A stretch of DNA of 41,071 nt from Kagunavirus LF7074P1. Within the stretch, counting starts at the first letter, position 1. The number at the start of each line of letters is the position of its first letter. The position numbers and the translations under genes are program-made. Positions 17,590 through 25,929 of this stretch are shown piece by piece. The stretch lies in sequence record OZ035758.1, one strand, 5' to 3'. The notes under the pieces were generated by a model. It saw only the letters and a program-made list of their open reading frames with translations, was not told the DNA's origin and searched no databases.

Positions 17590-20135
17590 TCCTGCACTAC
17601 ACGCGAAACGCTGATGGAGCTTTCGACCGTACAAAACACGTCGGGATGCCGATGGAGTTTGTCGTTAACCGTATCCCTGACGGCGTGCCGGTGCGCGTCT
17701 ACCTCGGCGAGATTGGTGATGATACCGACGTAACTGACGACTTCGACGCACTCAAAGACGAAGACGCTGTGTACCACATTATTGAGGGTGCGGGTAGCGG
17801 GGCGCTCGGTGCGGTTAGTAAGGTGTTTGGTTTTATCCTTAAGCCAATCGCCAAGTTGTTTGGCCTGAACACGGCCGCCAACGCCAACTACACGGCGACT
17901 AACAACCAGACAACATCGCCTAATAACAGTCTCACAGACCGCTCAAACAAACCACGCCCTTACGAGCGCTCTTATGACATCTGCGGGACTGTGCAGACAA
18001 TCCCTAACGACCTGATGCAGACGTATAAAGCGTTCAACTCCACGGGTGCTTTGCTGGAGTATTCGTATTATGACGCGGGGCGCGGGCATCTGCATATTGA
18101 GGCTGATGGCGTAACGGAAGGCGACACCCTGATAAGCGACATCACAGGCTCCTCTGTAGCCGTGTATGCGCCGTATACTTCCCCGAACAACACCGCATCG
18201 CCCCAACTACAAATCGGCGACGTCATTGACCAGAAACTCTATGTGACATACTCCAACGACGACGTTGACGGTATTGTGCTGAAAGCGCCAAACGACATCG
18301 GAGCTAACCCAAGCGCCGACGGCACGGCTAAACGTATTTCAAACACCGGCTACATTTATGACCCGTCCGGCGACTCTGCTTTTTCTGAGTTTCTTAGCGT
18401 CGGTGATGTCGCGGTGTTGAGCAACTTTGACGTTGCTGATGTCACTAACCTGAACGGCTCGTTTGAGGTTTTATACGTTGACGACTTCGAAGTAAGATTA
18501 GCCGTAAACGGGGCGTCTAACTGGGCCGCGTTGACTAGCGGGCAGACGTACACGCTAACAGAGCGTTCAGATACGTTTATCGGCCCGAGCAACACCTACG
18601 ACGTATCCCTTACAGACTGGTATTACATGGTGCGTGGGGAAGTCGACCGTGTGCTCGCTAACGTAGCCGGGCAGAACGGCCTCTACAAATACGACGGCGG
18701 CTACAACCGCACCAGCGTAACCGTAGAACTCCAGTACCAGATGATTGATTCTCAGCGTAACCCGTTGAGCGATATCTACACGGTACAGGCCACAATTACC
18801 GGTAACAATACCGACTACGTCGGCACGTCTATTTACGGGCAGTTACCGACAGCATCGCGCTTCCGCGCCCGTATGCGCCGTATAACGAATTTCGATAAGG
18901 ATTACGACGGAACGGTAAGTGACGAAATAACATTCATCAACCTGTACGGGCAATCACTTGACACCACCCCCCACTACGGCAATAGGACAACGGTGCATTG
19001 CGCCCGTAAACAGACGCCGCGTGCGGCCAGTATAGACAACCCGGAACTGCGCATGATTGCAACCGAGATGTGTTACAAATATCTAGGTAACGGCGTATTT
19101 GATAGCGTAATGACACCGAACACCCGGGCCGTGCAGTCGCTAATCAGACTGGCTCGAGACCCTGCGGTGGGTAATCTGGAACTGACAACGGCAAATATGG
19201 ATAAGTTACTCGCTGTGCAGGAAGAAATTGAGTCCTATTTTGGCAGCGAATTAGCCGGACAATTCTGCTACACGTTCGACGACTACGACACCACGATGCA
19301 GGACGTCGTTCAGACTATAGCGGAAGCCGTGTTCTGTACTGCGTACCGTAAAGGCGCGGATATTATGCTGCGATTCGACCGTCCGGTTGCGGGGCCTGAA
19401 ATGGTGTTCACCCACCGCAGCAAAACTACCGGTACAGAGAAATGGACCCGCACGTTCAACGATTCGACAACCTACGATAGCCTGTCGTTCTCGTACATCG
19501 ACCCGGATACTAATGTACAGGAAACGATTTATATCCCGGAAGAACTCGGGGCAAATACAGAGGAATACGAATCGAAGGGCGTACGTAACTATCAGCAGGC
19601 GTATTGGCTGGCGTGGCGTCGCTATCAGCGCAATGCGTTAAGTAAAGTTGTCGTAGAGTTTGAAGCTACCGAAGAAGGTGCGCTCGCTACTCCAGGCGGT
19701 GTAATCAGCGTAGTTAAAGGCTCGCGTATTGCGCCACAGGACGGCTATGTTATTGCCGTTAATGGGCTTACGCTGACACTGTCGCAGCCTGTTACGTTCA
19801 CCCCCGGCGATGACCACTCCATCATTCTTAAGAAGCGCGACGGCTCTGTGCAGAGTATCTCTGTTATCAAAGGAAGCCACGACCGCGAAGTGATTATGCT
19901 TTCTGCCCCAGAGGAAGCAATCTACACAGGGAATAGCGCACTAAAAACTGAGTTTTCATTCGGCAACGAAGCAAGGCATAATGCTCAGAAGATAGTTGTT
20001 TCTTCAATCGACCCTGGCGACGACCGCACGGTCAAGATTACTGGCTACAACTATGACGACGGATTCTATAAATACGACGGCGTCGCGCCATACGGCAGCG
20101 GTTTCTCCGACGGATTCAGCAATGGTTTTAATTAA
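17580..20135 (+). CDS. Tail tip / host specificity protein (gpJ-like), N-terminal region gpI-like
   Basis: 851 aa; start codon uncertain (TTG 17580 after GGAG, or ATG 17643/17649); N-terminal GAGSGALGAVSKVFGFILKPIAKLFGL resembles the hydrophobic tail of gpI-type proteins. Confidence 0.55.
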   Translation: MAIILHYTRNADGAFDRTKHVGMPMEFVVNRIPDGVPVRVYLGEIGDDTDVTDDFDALKDEDAVYHIIEGAGSGALGAVSKVFGFILKPIAKLFGLNTAANANYTATNNQTTSPNNSLTDRSNKPRPYERSYDICGTVQTIPNDLMQTYKAFNSTGALLEYSYYDAGRGHLHIEADGVTEGDTLISDITGSSVAVYAPYTSPNNTASPQLQIGDVIDQKLYVTYSNDDVDGIVLKAPNDIGANPSADGTAKRISNTGYIYDPSGDSAFSEFLSVGDVAVLSNFDVADVTNLNGSFEVLYVDDFEVRLAVNGASNWAALTSGQTYTLTERSDTFIGPSNTYDVSLTDWYYMVRGEVDRVLANVAGQNGLYKYDGGYNRTSVTVELQYQMIDSQRNPLSDIYTVQATITGNNTDYVGTSIYGQLPTASRFRARMRRITNFDKDYDGTVSDEITFINLYGQSLDTTPHYGNRTTVHCARKQTPRAASIDNPELRMIATEMCYKYLGNGVFDSVMTPNTRAVQSLIRLARDPAVGNLELTTANMDKLLAVQEEIESYFGSELAGQFCYTFDDYDTTMQDVVQTIAEAVFCTAYRKGADIMLRFDRPVAGPEMVFTHRSKTTGTEKWTRTFNDSTTYDSLSFSYIDPDTNVQETIYIPEELGANTEEYESKGVRNYQQAYWLAWRRYQRNALSKVVVEFEATEEGALATPGGVISVVKGSRIAPQDGYVIAVNGLTLTLSQPVTFTPGDDHSIILKKRDGSVQSISVIKGSHDREVIMLSAPEEAIYTGNSALKTEFSFGNEARHNAQKIVVSSIDPGDDRTVKITGYNYDDGFYKYDGVAPYGSGFSDGFSNGFN

Positions 20136-20147
20136 AGAGGACTCTAT

Positions 20148-23102
20148 ATGTCAAGCGGATGCGGTGACGTTCTAAGCCTGGCGGATTTGCAAACCGCCAA
20201 GAAGCACCAGATTTTCGAAGCCGAAGTTATCACCGGTAAATCCGGTGGTGTTGCTGGTGGCGCTGATATCGATTACGCGACAAATCAGGTTACCGGGCAG
20301 ACACAGAAGACGTTACCTGCCGTGTTGCGTGATGCTGGTTTTAAACTGGCAGATTTTGATTTCACGTCAGGCGGTACACTATCCGCTAACGACCGAAACA
20401 CCGCAGTTTTGTGGCCGTCGTCCTCTGGCGGTGACGGGGATTGGTACTATTGGTTGGGTGCTCTACCAAAAATTATCCCAGCGTCATCTTCTCCGCAGTC
20501 CACCGGTGGCGTGGCAGATGGGGCGTGGCAGCCTGTCGGGTCGGTCATACTGCGGCAGCAAATATCAGATGTAAACGGTGCAATTCTGTACCCAGATTTA
20601 CATGTGGCGCGATGGAAGGACGAATACGACCCGCGCGCATGGGGCGCCGTGGGCGACGGCGTAACTGATGATACTCAATCTATTTTTAATGTATTAGCAG
20701 CTTCCCCCAACAATTGGATTATAGACGGCAGGGGTTTGACTTATAAAGTTTCCCAATTACCTGACATTAGTAAATTTAATAATGCTGCATTCGTTTACGA
20801 GCGCGTAGCCGGGCAACCGCTTACTTATGTAGCTGATGGCTTCTTTAACGGCTCACTAACTAAGGTGACGGATACCCCGTTCTACAACGCATGGACGCAG
20901 GATAAAACTTTCGTCTACGACCATGTTATTTACGCCCCGTTTATGGCGGGCGAACGACATGGTGTTAAAAACTTACATGTAGCTTGGGTTCGCTCTGGAG
21001 ACGACGGGCAGACTTGGTCAATGCCTGAGTGGTTGACTCCAATCCATGCTGACTATAATGCTAGTGTTTCTACGGACAGAGTTAACTACCACTGCATGAG
21101 CATGGGTACGTGCGGCAACCGATTATATGCAGTTATAGAAACTCGCTACTTATCTAATATGCGGATGAAGAAGGCAGAACTTTGGTCACGCCCAATGCCG
21201 TATTTTAGACACCCAACCGGCGGAATAACTATTAGTTCTGGCTCCACTACTGCTACCATTGTCATAGAAAATCATGGCCTAAAAGCAGGAGATGCGGTTA
21301 ACTTCTCTAATACATCGGCAACTGGCGTATCGGGTAATATGACGGTTTCGTCTATAATTAACCGAAATACGTTCACTGTTACGCTCTCAAGCCCGGCGAG
21401 TTCCACCATAAACAATGCGGGTGTTACCTGGAACTTCGCAACGCGATTCTGGGACAGCCCGTGGGAAATTACCGAATTGCCTGAGGTAGCATACTCCACT
21501 AATGCTGATTTGTGTGTCACGGAGACACATAGTTTTGCGGTTATAGATGATGTTAACTACACTATCGCTGTCGGCTATCACAACGGCGATGTGTCCCCTA
21601 GGCGTCTCGGTGTCTTGTATTTTAGTAACGTGTATGACAATCCTGGCGTATTCGTTCGTCGCACTGTCGCTCAGGCATACGCTGATAACGCTTCTGAGCC
21701 GTGCGTGAAAAGTTATGGTGGTGTGTTATACCTTACCACACGCGGCACATTACCTACTTCCCCTGGCTCTACACTGGCGATGAGCGCCGATTCTGGGCAA
21801 AACTGGAGCTACTTGCGATTTCCGAACAATGTACATCACTCCAATCTTCCGTTCGCTAAAGTAGGTGACTATCTCTACATCTTTGGTACAGAACGTGCCT
21901 TTGGTGAGTGGGAAGGTGGCGAGCAGGACAGCCGCTATGAAGGTTCGTATCCGAGGACCTTTATGTGCAAAGTTAATGTGTCGTCCTGGCCTTCATCTTT
22001 AGATGATGTTCAGTGGTTTAATATTACCGACCAAATATACCAGGGTCATATCGTTAACTCTGCTGTCGGCGTCGGCTCGGTCTGTGTTAAAGATGGCTGG
22101 TTGTACTATATCTTTGGTGGGGAAGACTTCTTCTCTCCCTGGAGCATAGGGGATAACAGTGCGAAGTTATGGTACAAACATGATGGGCATCCGGCTGACT
22201 TATATAGCTACCGGATAAAGATTGAAGACCACCCGTACGTATCACGTGATTTCAAATACGGAGCAACTCCTAACCGTACAATACCTGTCGCCATGGGGGT
22301 AGATGGTGTACGCCATGTAGAAGCACCTTTAACGTTTGACAATGATGTAAGCGTGTACTCCCTGCATGTAACGGGGCTGGAATACGATGGTACACAACAG
22401 TCTGCCGTGCGCGCACGGTTTGATGGTGATTACGGGCTGATTTCAAAAACAGTCCCCACTAAAACCCCATCGGGTCAAAGACTGATAGTTAGCGGTGGTG
22501 ATGGTGCATCCAGTTCCGATGGTGCGTTGCTGCAACTGTACGGGGCAAACCATGCAACGCCTAACAGGGCTATTATGTATGCGTCAGGAGGCTTCTACTC
22601 ATACAACAATTTTCTTCCTTACTTAGACTCGCAAGTGTCTTTAGGTTCGGCAGGTAATAGGTGGACTACGGTGTACGCGGCCACCGGTACGATAAACACG
22701 TCTGATGGTACACTTAAGACGGACAAAGAGGAAATTGAGGGACAACTCCTTACCGCATGGGAGGATATACATGTAATATCTTTTAAGTGGCTTGAAAGCC
22801 TAGCAATCAAGGGTGACACTGCAAGGATACACTTCGGTGTGATAGCCCAAGATGTGCGAGACATCTTGGTCAACCATGGGCTTATGGAGAAAGATTCTAC
22901 CGATTGTAAATATGCTTTCTTGTGCTACGACTCAATTGAAGCTGCGTATGATATTGATGAAGATGGCCAGACTGTACAAGTATCCCCTCCCGGCGGCAGA
23001 TGGGGGGTTAGGGCGGACCAGATGTTCTTCATAGAGATTGCCTATCAGCGTAAGAAGATGCGCGAGTTCGAGAAGAGGCTGGCAGCACTAGAAGATAAAT
23101 AA
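20148..23102 (+). CDS. Tailspike / receptor-binding protein with sialidase-type Asp-boxes and C-terminal intramolecular chaperone (peptidase S74-like) domain
   Basis: 984 aa; Asp-box SGDDGQTW (nt 20994-21017) and SADSGQNW (nt 21783-21806); pectate-lyase-like WGAVGDGVTDDTQS; C-terminal SDGTLK...HFGVIAQDV typical of endosialidase-type chaperone domains. Confidence 0.75.
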   Translation: MSSGCGDVLSLADLQTAKKHQIFEAEVITGKSGGVAGGADIDYATNQVTGQTQKTLPAVLRDAGFKLADFDFTSGGTLSANDRNTAVLWPSSSGGDGDWYYWLGALPKIIPASSSPQSTGGVADGAWQPVGSVILRQQISDVNGAILYPDLHVARWKDEYDPRAWGAVGDGVTDDTQSIFNVLAASPNNWIIDGRGLTYKVSQLPDISKFNNAAFVYERVAGQPLTYVADGFFNGSLTKVTDTPFYNAWTQDKTFVYDHVIYAPFMAGERHGVKNLHVAWVRSGDDGQTWSMPEWLTPIHADYNASVSTDRVNYHCMSMGTCGNRLYAVIETRYLSNMRMKKAELWSRPMPYFRHPTGGITISSGSTTATIVIENHGLKAGDAVNFSNTSATGVSGNMTVSSIINRNTFTVTLSSPASSTINNAGVTWNFATRFWDSPWEITELPEVAYSTNADLCVTETHSFAVIDDVNYTIAVGYHNGDVSPRRLGVLYFSNVYDNPGVFVRRTVAQAYADNASEPCVKSYGGVLYLTTRGTLPTSPGSTLAMSADSGQNWSYLRFPNNVHHSNLPFAKVGDYLYIFGTERAFGEWEGGEQDSRYEGSYPRTFMCKVNVSSWPSSLDDVQWFNITDQIYQGHIVNSAVGVGSVCVKDGWLYYIFGGEDFFSPWSIGDNSAKLWYKHDGHPADLYSYRIKIEDHPYVSRDFKYGATPNRTIPVAMGVDGVRHVEAPLTFDNDVSVYSLHVTGLEYDGTQQSAVRARFDGDYGLISKTVPTKTPSGQRLIVSGGDGASSSDGALLQLYGANHATPNRAIMYASGGFYSYNNFLPYLDSQVSLGSAGNRWTTVYAATGTINTSDGTLKTDKEEIEGQLLTAWEDIHVISFKWLESLAIKGDTARIHFGVIAQDVRDILVNHGLMEKDSTDCKYAFLCYDSIEAAYDIDEDGQTVQVSPPGGRWGVRADQMFFIEIAYQRKKMREFEKRLAALEDK

Positions 23103-23105
23103 AAC

Positions 23106-23130
23106 TAAGGCCCCAAACGGGGCCTTTTCT
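23106..23130. terminator. Bidirectional intrinsic terminator between convergent tailspike and replication operons
   Basis: aggcccc-aaac-ggggcct hairpin with flanking A/T runs. Confidence 0.7.
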
Positions 23131-23268
23131 CTACTCTTCTGATAGCTTCTCCAGTACAAACGCCAGTTGTGCATTAGCGGCATCCCTCTGTTGTCGTAGT
23201 CGTAGAACCTCCTCTTCAAGTTCCTTGATACGTTTTTGCAATGCCGGAATCGAGGCTATGATGTTCAT
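23131..23268 (-). CDS. Small hypothetical coiled-coil protein (45 aa), not in ORF track
   Basis: ATG overlaps Toprim gene stop (ATGA); heptad-like KRIKELEEEVLRLRQQ; stop abuts terminator. Confidence 0.3.
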   Translation of the reverse strand: MNIIASIPALQKRIKELEEEVLRLRQQRDAANAQLAFVLEKLSEE

Positions 23269-23780
23269 TTAACAAATTTCCTCGCAAGGTAGGTTATCTC
23301 TTCTTCACAAAGCTCATCAAGGTCGTTTGACACAAATCCTCTGGAGAATGTTCTGCTAAATTTTAAACCAGCTTTATCATTATCTCCGGCGCACACCCAA
23401 TCATACGGCAAAAGTGACATTTGCTGCCGTAGGTCTGCAGGTATACCCGACCCCAGTGCGCTTACTGCATGGAATCCGCAATTCATCAAGGCGACAGCTT
23501 TGAATATGCTTTCTGTAACAAATACTACACCGTCGCTTGGTAAATATTCCAACCCCCATAAGCAAGGTCTTGTTGTTCGGGTAAAATACCGCGCATCCTT
23601 TGGGTTCTTGCAGTTCTTTTCAGCATGTGGCTTGTAATGCTGGTACCCGCGTAGCCTACCGTCAAAACCCCACAAGTAGAATGTGGCAACGCCATGGGCT
23701 AAGACTACACGGAGACGGTCGGCGTCAAACCCACGCGCCAGCAGATGCGCCTTAAGTAGTAACTCCTCGCAATCCATCAT
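23265..23780 (-). CDS. Stand-alone Toprim-domain protein (primase-associated)
   Basis: 171 aa; VFVTESIFKAVAL (conserved Glu) and CAGDNDKAG (DxD), the Toprim signature; coupled to helicase gene. Confidence 0.5.
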   Translation of the reverse strand: MMDCEELLLKAHLLARGFDADRLRVVLAHGVATFYLWGFDGRLRGYQHYKPHAEKNCKNPKDARYFTRTTRPCLWGLEYLPSDGVVFVTESIFKAVALMNCGFHAVSALGSGIPADLRQQMSLLPYDWVCAGDNDKAGLKFSRTFSRGFVSNDLDELCEEEITYLARKFVK

Positions 23781-25201
23781 TTCTTACCTCGTCTCTTCAT
23801 ATAATTAAGTAGTTCATCCTGTACAGACCTTTTCTCGTCTGTGCGCGCGGCGACAACTTCATCAAGAGTATCTCGGGCTATTATTTGATAAATGAATACA
23901 GACCGTTTGTACCCAGACTGCATCTGCCTTACCGGACCTATGCGCTCGATAACCTGCAGATAATGTTCCAGGTTCCACCCCTGACTCATAAAGGCCATGT
24001 GATGTCCGCCGTGTTGTAGCGACAGCCCGTGGCCCGCGGAGGCCGGGTGTATCAGGAGCATAGGTATCTCCCCACGGTTCCACGCGTCCATCTGCTTATT
24101 ACCCTTAGCACCTTTGGCAAACGCCTGTGCCTGCGGGAATCGCTTAAGGATGCGCTCCAGTTCGTGCTTGAACTGATAGGCTACCAGTAATGGCGCACCC
24201 TGCAACTCCTCAACAATGGACTCAAGCGCATCCAGTTTCGTGTCGTGCACCTTCTCCCAGTCTTTCGTTGCTTCGCCATCAGGCCCCGACACATACACGG
24301 CACCAGATGCAATTTGCAGGCACTTAGACGTCTTCGCCGCAGCGTTAGCCGCTTCAACTTCTCCGCTCTCCAGCTCCGCGAATAGCTTCTCCTCCATATC
24401 GAGGTACGCCTGCCGCGCTTTCTTCGGCAGGTCGATTTCAACCGGTACGATAACAGGCGCTTCACACCCAAACCACTCTGCGGCGTCAATCGTGAGACTA
24501 ATGTCTTTCATCTTCTGGTGGATTTCATTATCCGCACCAGGACGCGCATGATACTCCCGCGCCATCGCCGACTTACCTTTTTGCACAGAGTTGAACCAGC
24601 GGTCGGTGAACGCAGTGTACGATGAACCGAGGCGCTCGCCAGCGTCGATAAACCAGTTCTGGCCCCACAGGTCTTTGAGGCCGTTAGGCGACGGTGTGCC
24701 CGTCAGATTGATGAAACGCTTAACTTTACCGAACGCCACTTTGCTGAGCGCCTTTGCCCGCTTGCTACCACCAGAACGGCTACGGAATGACTTCAGTTTC
24801 GTACTCTCATCCGCAACGATAACCGTAAAAGGCCAGTCGTCTTTGCCGTAGTAGTCAATCAGCCACTCGATAACTTCGTAGTTGGTACACACCACGTTAG
24901 CATCTGACTCCAGCGCCGCGATGCGGCGCTTCTCTGAACCTGTTGCATCTACGACACTCAGACATGGGAAGTCCCAACGTGCCTGTTCTGCAGGCCACGT
25001 ACCGGAAGCAACACGTAAAGGAGCCAGAATTAACACGCGGTCGTCATCATTAAGTTGGCCGTTGCGGAACAGTCGGTTGAGTACCCACAACGTTGCGGAA
25101 CTTTTGCCCGCGCCCATCGAAGCCCAAATATTACAGCGAGGATGCCGCAGCATGAATGAAGTCATGAGCTTTTGGTACTCTCGACGGATAAATTTAGACA
25201 T
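23777..25201 (-). CDS. SNF2/DEAD-like superfamily 2 helicase
   Basis: Walker A SMGAGKSS, DExx box VIVADEST, C-terminal helicase domain; ATG 25201 with RBS AAGGG (track start 25207 is TTG). Confidence 0.75.
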   Translation of the reverse strand: MSKFIRREYQKLMTSFMLRHPRCNIWASMGAGKSSATLWVLNRLFRNGQLNDDDRVLILAPLRVASGTWPAEQARWDFPCLSVVDATGSEKRRIAALESDANVVCTNYEVIEWLIDYYGKDDWPFTVIVADESTKLKSFRSRSGGSKRAKALSKVAFGKVKRFINLTGTPSPNGLKDLWGQNWFIDAGERLGSSYTAFTDRWFNSVQKGKSAMAREYHARPGADNEIHQKMKDISLTIDAAEWFGCEAPVIVPVEIDLPKKARQAYLDMEEKLFAELESGEVEAANAAAKTSKCLQIASGAVYVSGPDGEATKDWEKVHDTKLDALESIVEELQGAPLLVAYQFKHELERILKRFPQAQAFAKGAKGNKQMDAWNRGEIPMLLIHPASAGHGLSLQHGGHHMAFMSQGWNLEHYLQVIERIGPVRQMQSGYKRSVFIYQIIARDTLDEVVAARTDEKRSVQDELLNYMKRRGKK

Positions 25202-25203
25202 AA

Positions 25204-25398
25204 TCAACCCTTAATGTAGAGTACCAGCTCTTTACGCCCGAACGCCGTAACGTTACCCGTTACATCTTCGATAACCAGTTTACCGTTTGACTCGACGTAC
25301 ACCGTATCAACGGCAACAGGGTGGCGGGTCTTAACGTTGAAAATCATATCGCCAGGTACGATGTCACGTGCTGGTTTGCGGTCATATTCGTGTTTCAT
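25204..25398 (-). CDS. Hypothetical protein (64 aa)
   Basis: RBS AGGA 9 nt upstream; directly downstream of promoter P4. Confidence 0.4.
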   Translation of the reverse strand: MKHEYDRKPARDIVPGDMIFNVKTRHPVAVDTVYVESNGKLVIEDVTGNVTAFGRKELVLYIKG

Positions 25399-25428
25399 TT
25401 CTCAATTCCTTATATTGTTGGTGTGTGA

Positions 25429-25716
25429 TTAACTATAATAGCCCGCTATTAGGTCGTCAACCTGTTTAAACGAACCAACGACAAAAACATTTGCACCACG
25501 TTTACGCATCCGCTCGTGCTCTCGTAACTGGTGCGGGTCCGGCTTCGTGTTTTCGTCTTTCTTAACCTCGACGAACCAGATGATGCCACCAGGGAGAATT
25601 ACCAGCAGGTCGGGGGCGCCCGCTCTATTTTCGTACGACAATTTGCGTACGAGGCCTCCCAGGGCCTCGAATCGCTCTTTTGCGTATTTCTGCACGCGCC
25701 CCTCAGGCGTACTCAT
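25429..25716 (-). CDS. VRR-NUC domain nuclease (PD-(D/E)xK)
   Basis: 95 aa; GAPDLLVI...WFVEVKK pattern; RBS GGGAGG. Confidence 0.6.
   Translation of the reverse strand: MSTPEGRVQKYAKERFEALGGLVRKLSYENRAGAPDLLVILPGGIIWFVEVKKDENTKPDPHQLREHERMRKRGANVFVVGSFKQVDDLIAGYYS
25432..25460 (-). promoter_or_regulatory. Sigma70-like promoter P4 (TTGACG-17-TATAGT), internal to replication operon
   Basis: Minus strand TTGACGacctaatagcgggctatTATAGT; shares the conserved core with P5 and P6. Confidence 0.5.
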
Positions 25717-25797
25717 CTATACACCCCTCCCGTTTCGTATGCGCGATACCGCAGCGAGGGCAGATTCGACAGTCTTCTTCATATAACCAGTAAATTT

Positions 25798-25929
25798 TCA
25801 TTCCAGCACCCACAGATAAATTGCGATGAATATACCCAATACGGCAACCATCATGCCGTACTGACCCTCATGACAGTAAACACCGGCGGCGAATCCAGCC
25901 AGTACCGCGATAATCAGTTTACTTAGCAT
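25798..25929 (-). CDS. Small hydrophobic protein (43 aa), not in ORF track
   Basis: MLSKLIIAVLAGFAAGVYCHEGQYGMMVAVLGIFIAIYLWVLE; two predicted TM helices; start overlaps DNA polymerase stop. Confidence 0.3.
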   Translation of the reverse strand: MLSKLIIAVLAGFAAGVYCHEGQYGMMVAVLGIFIAIYLWVLE

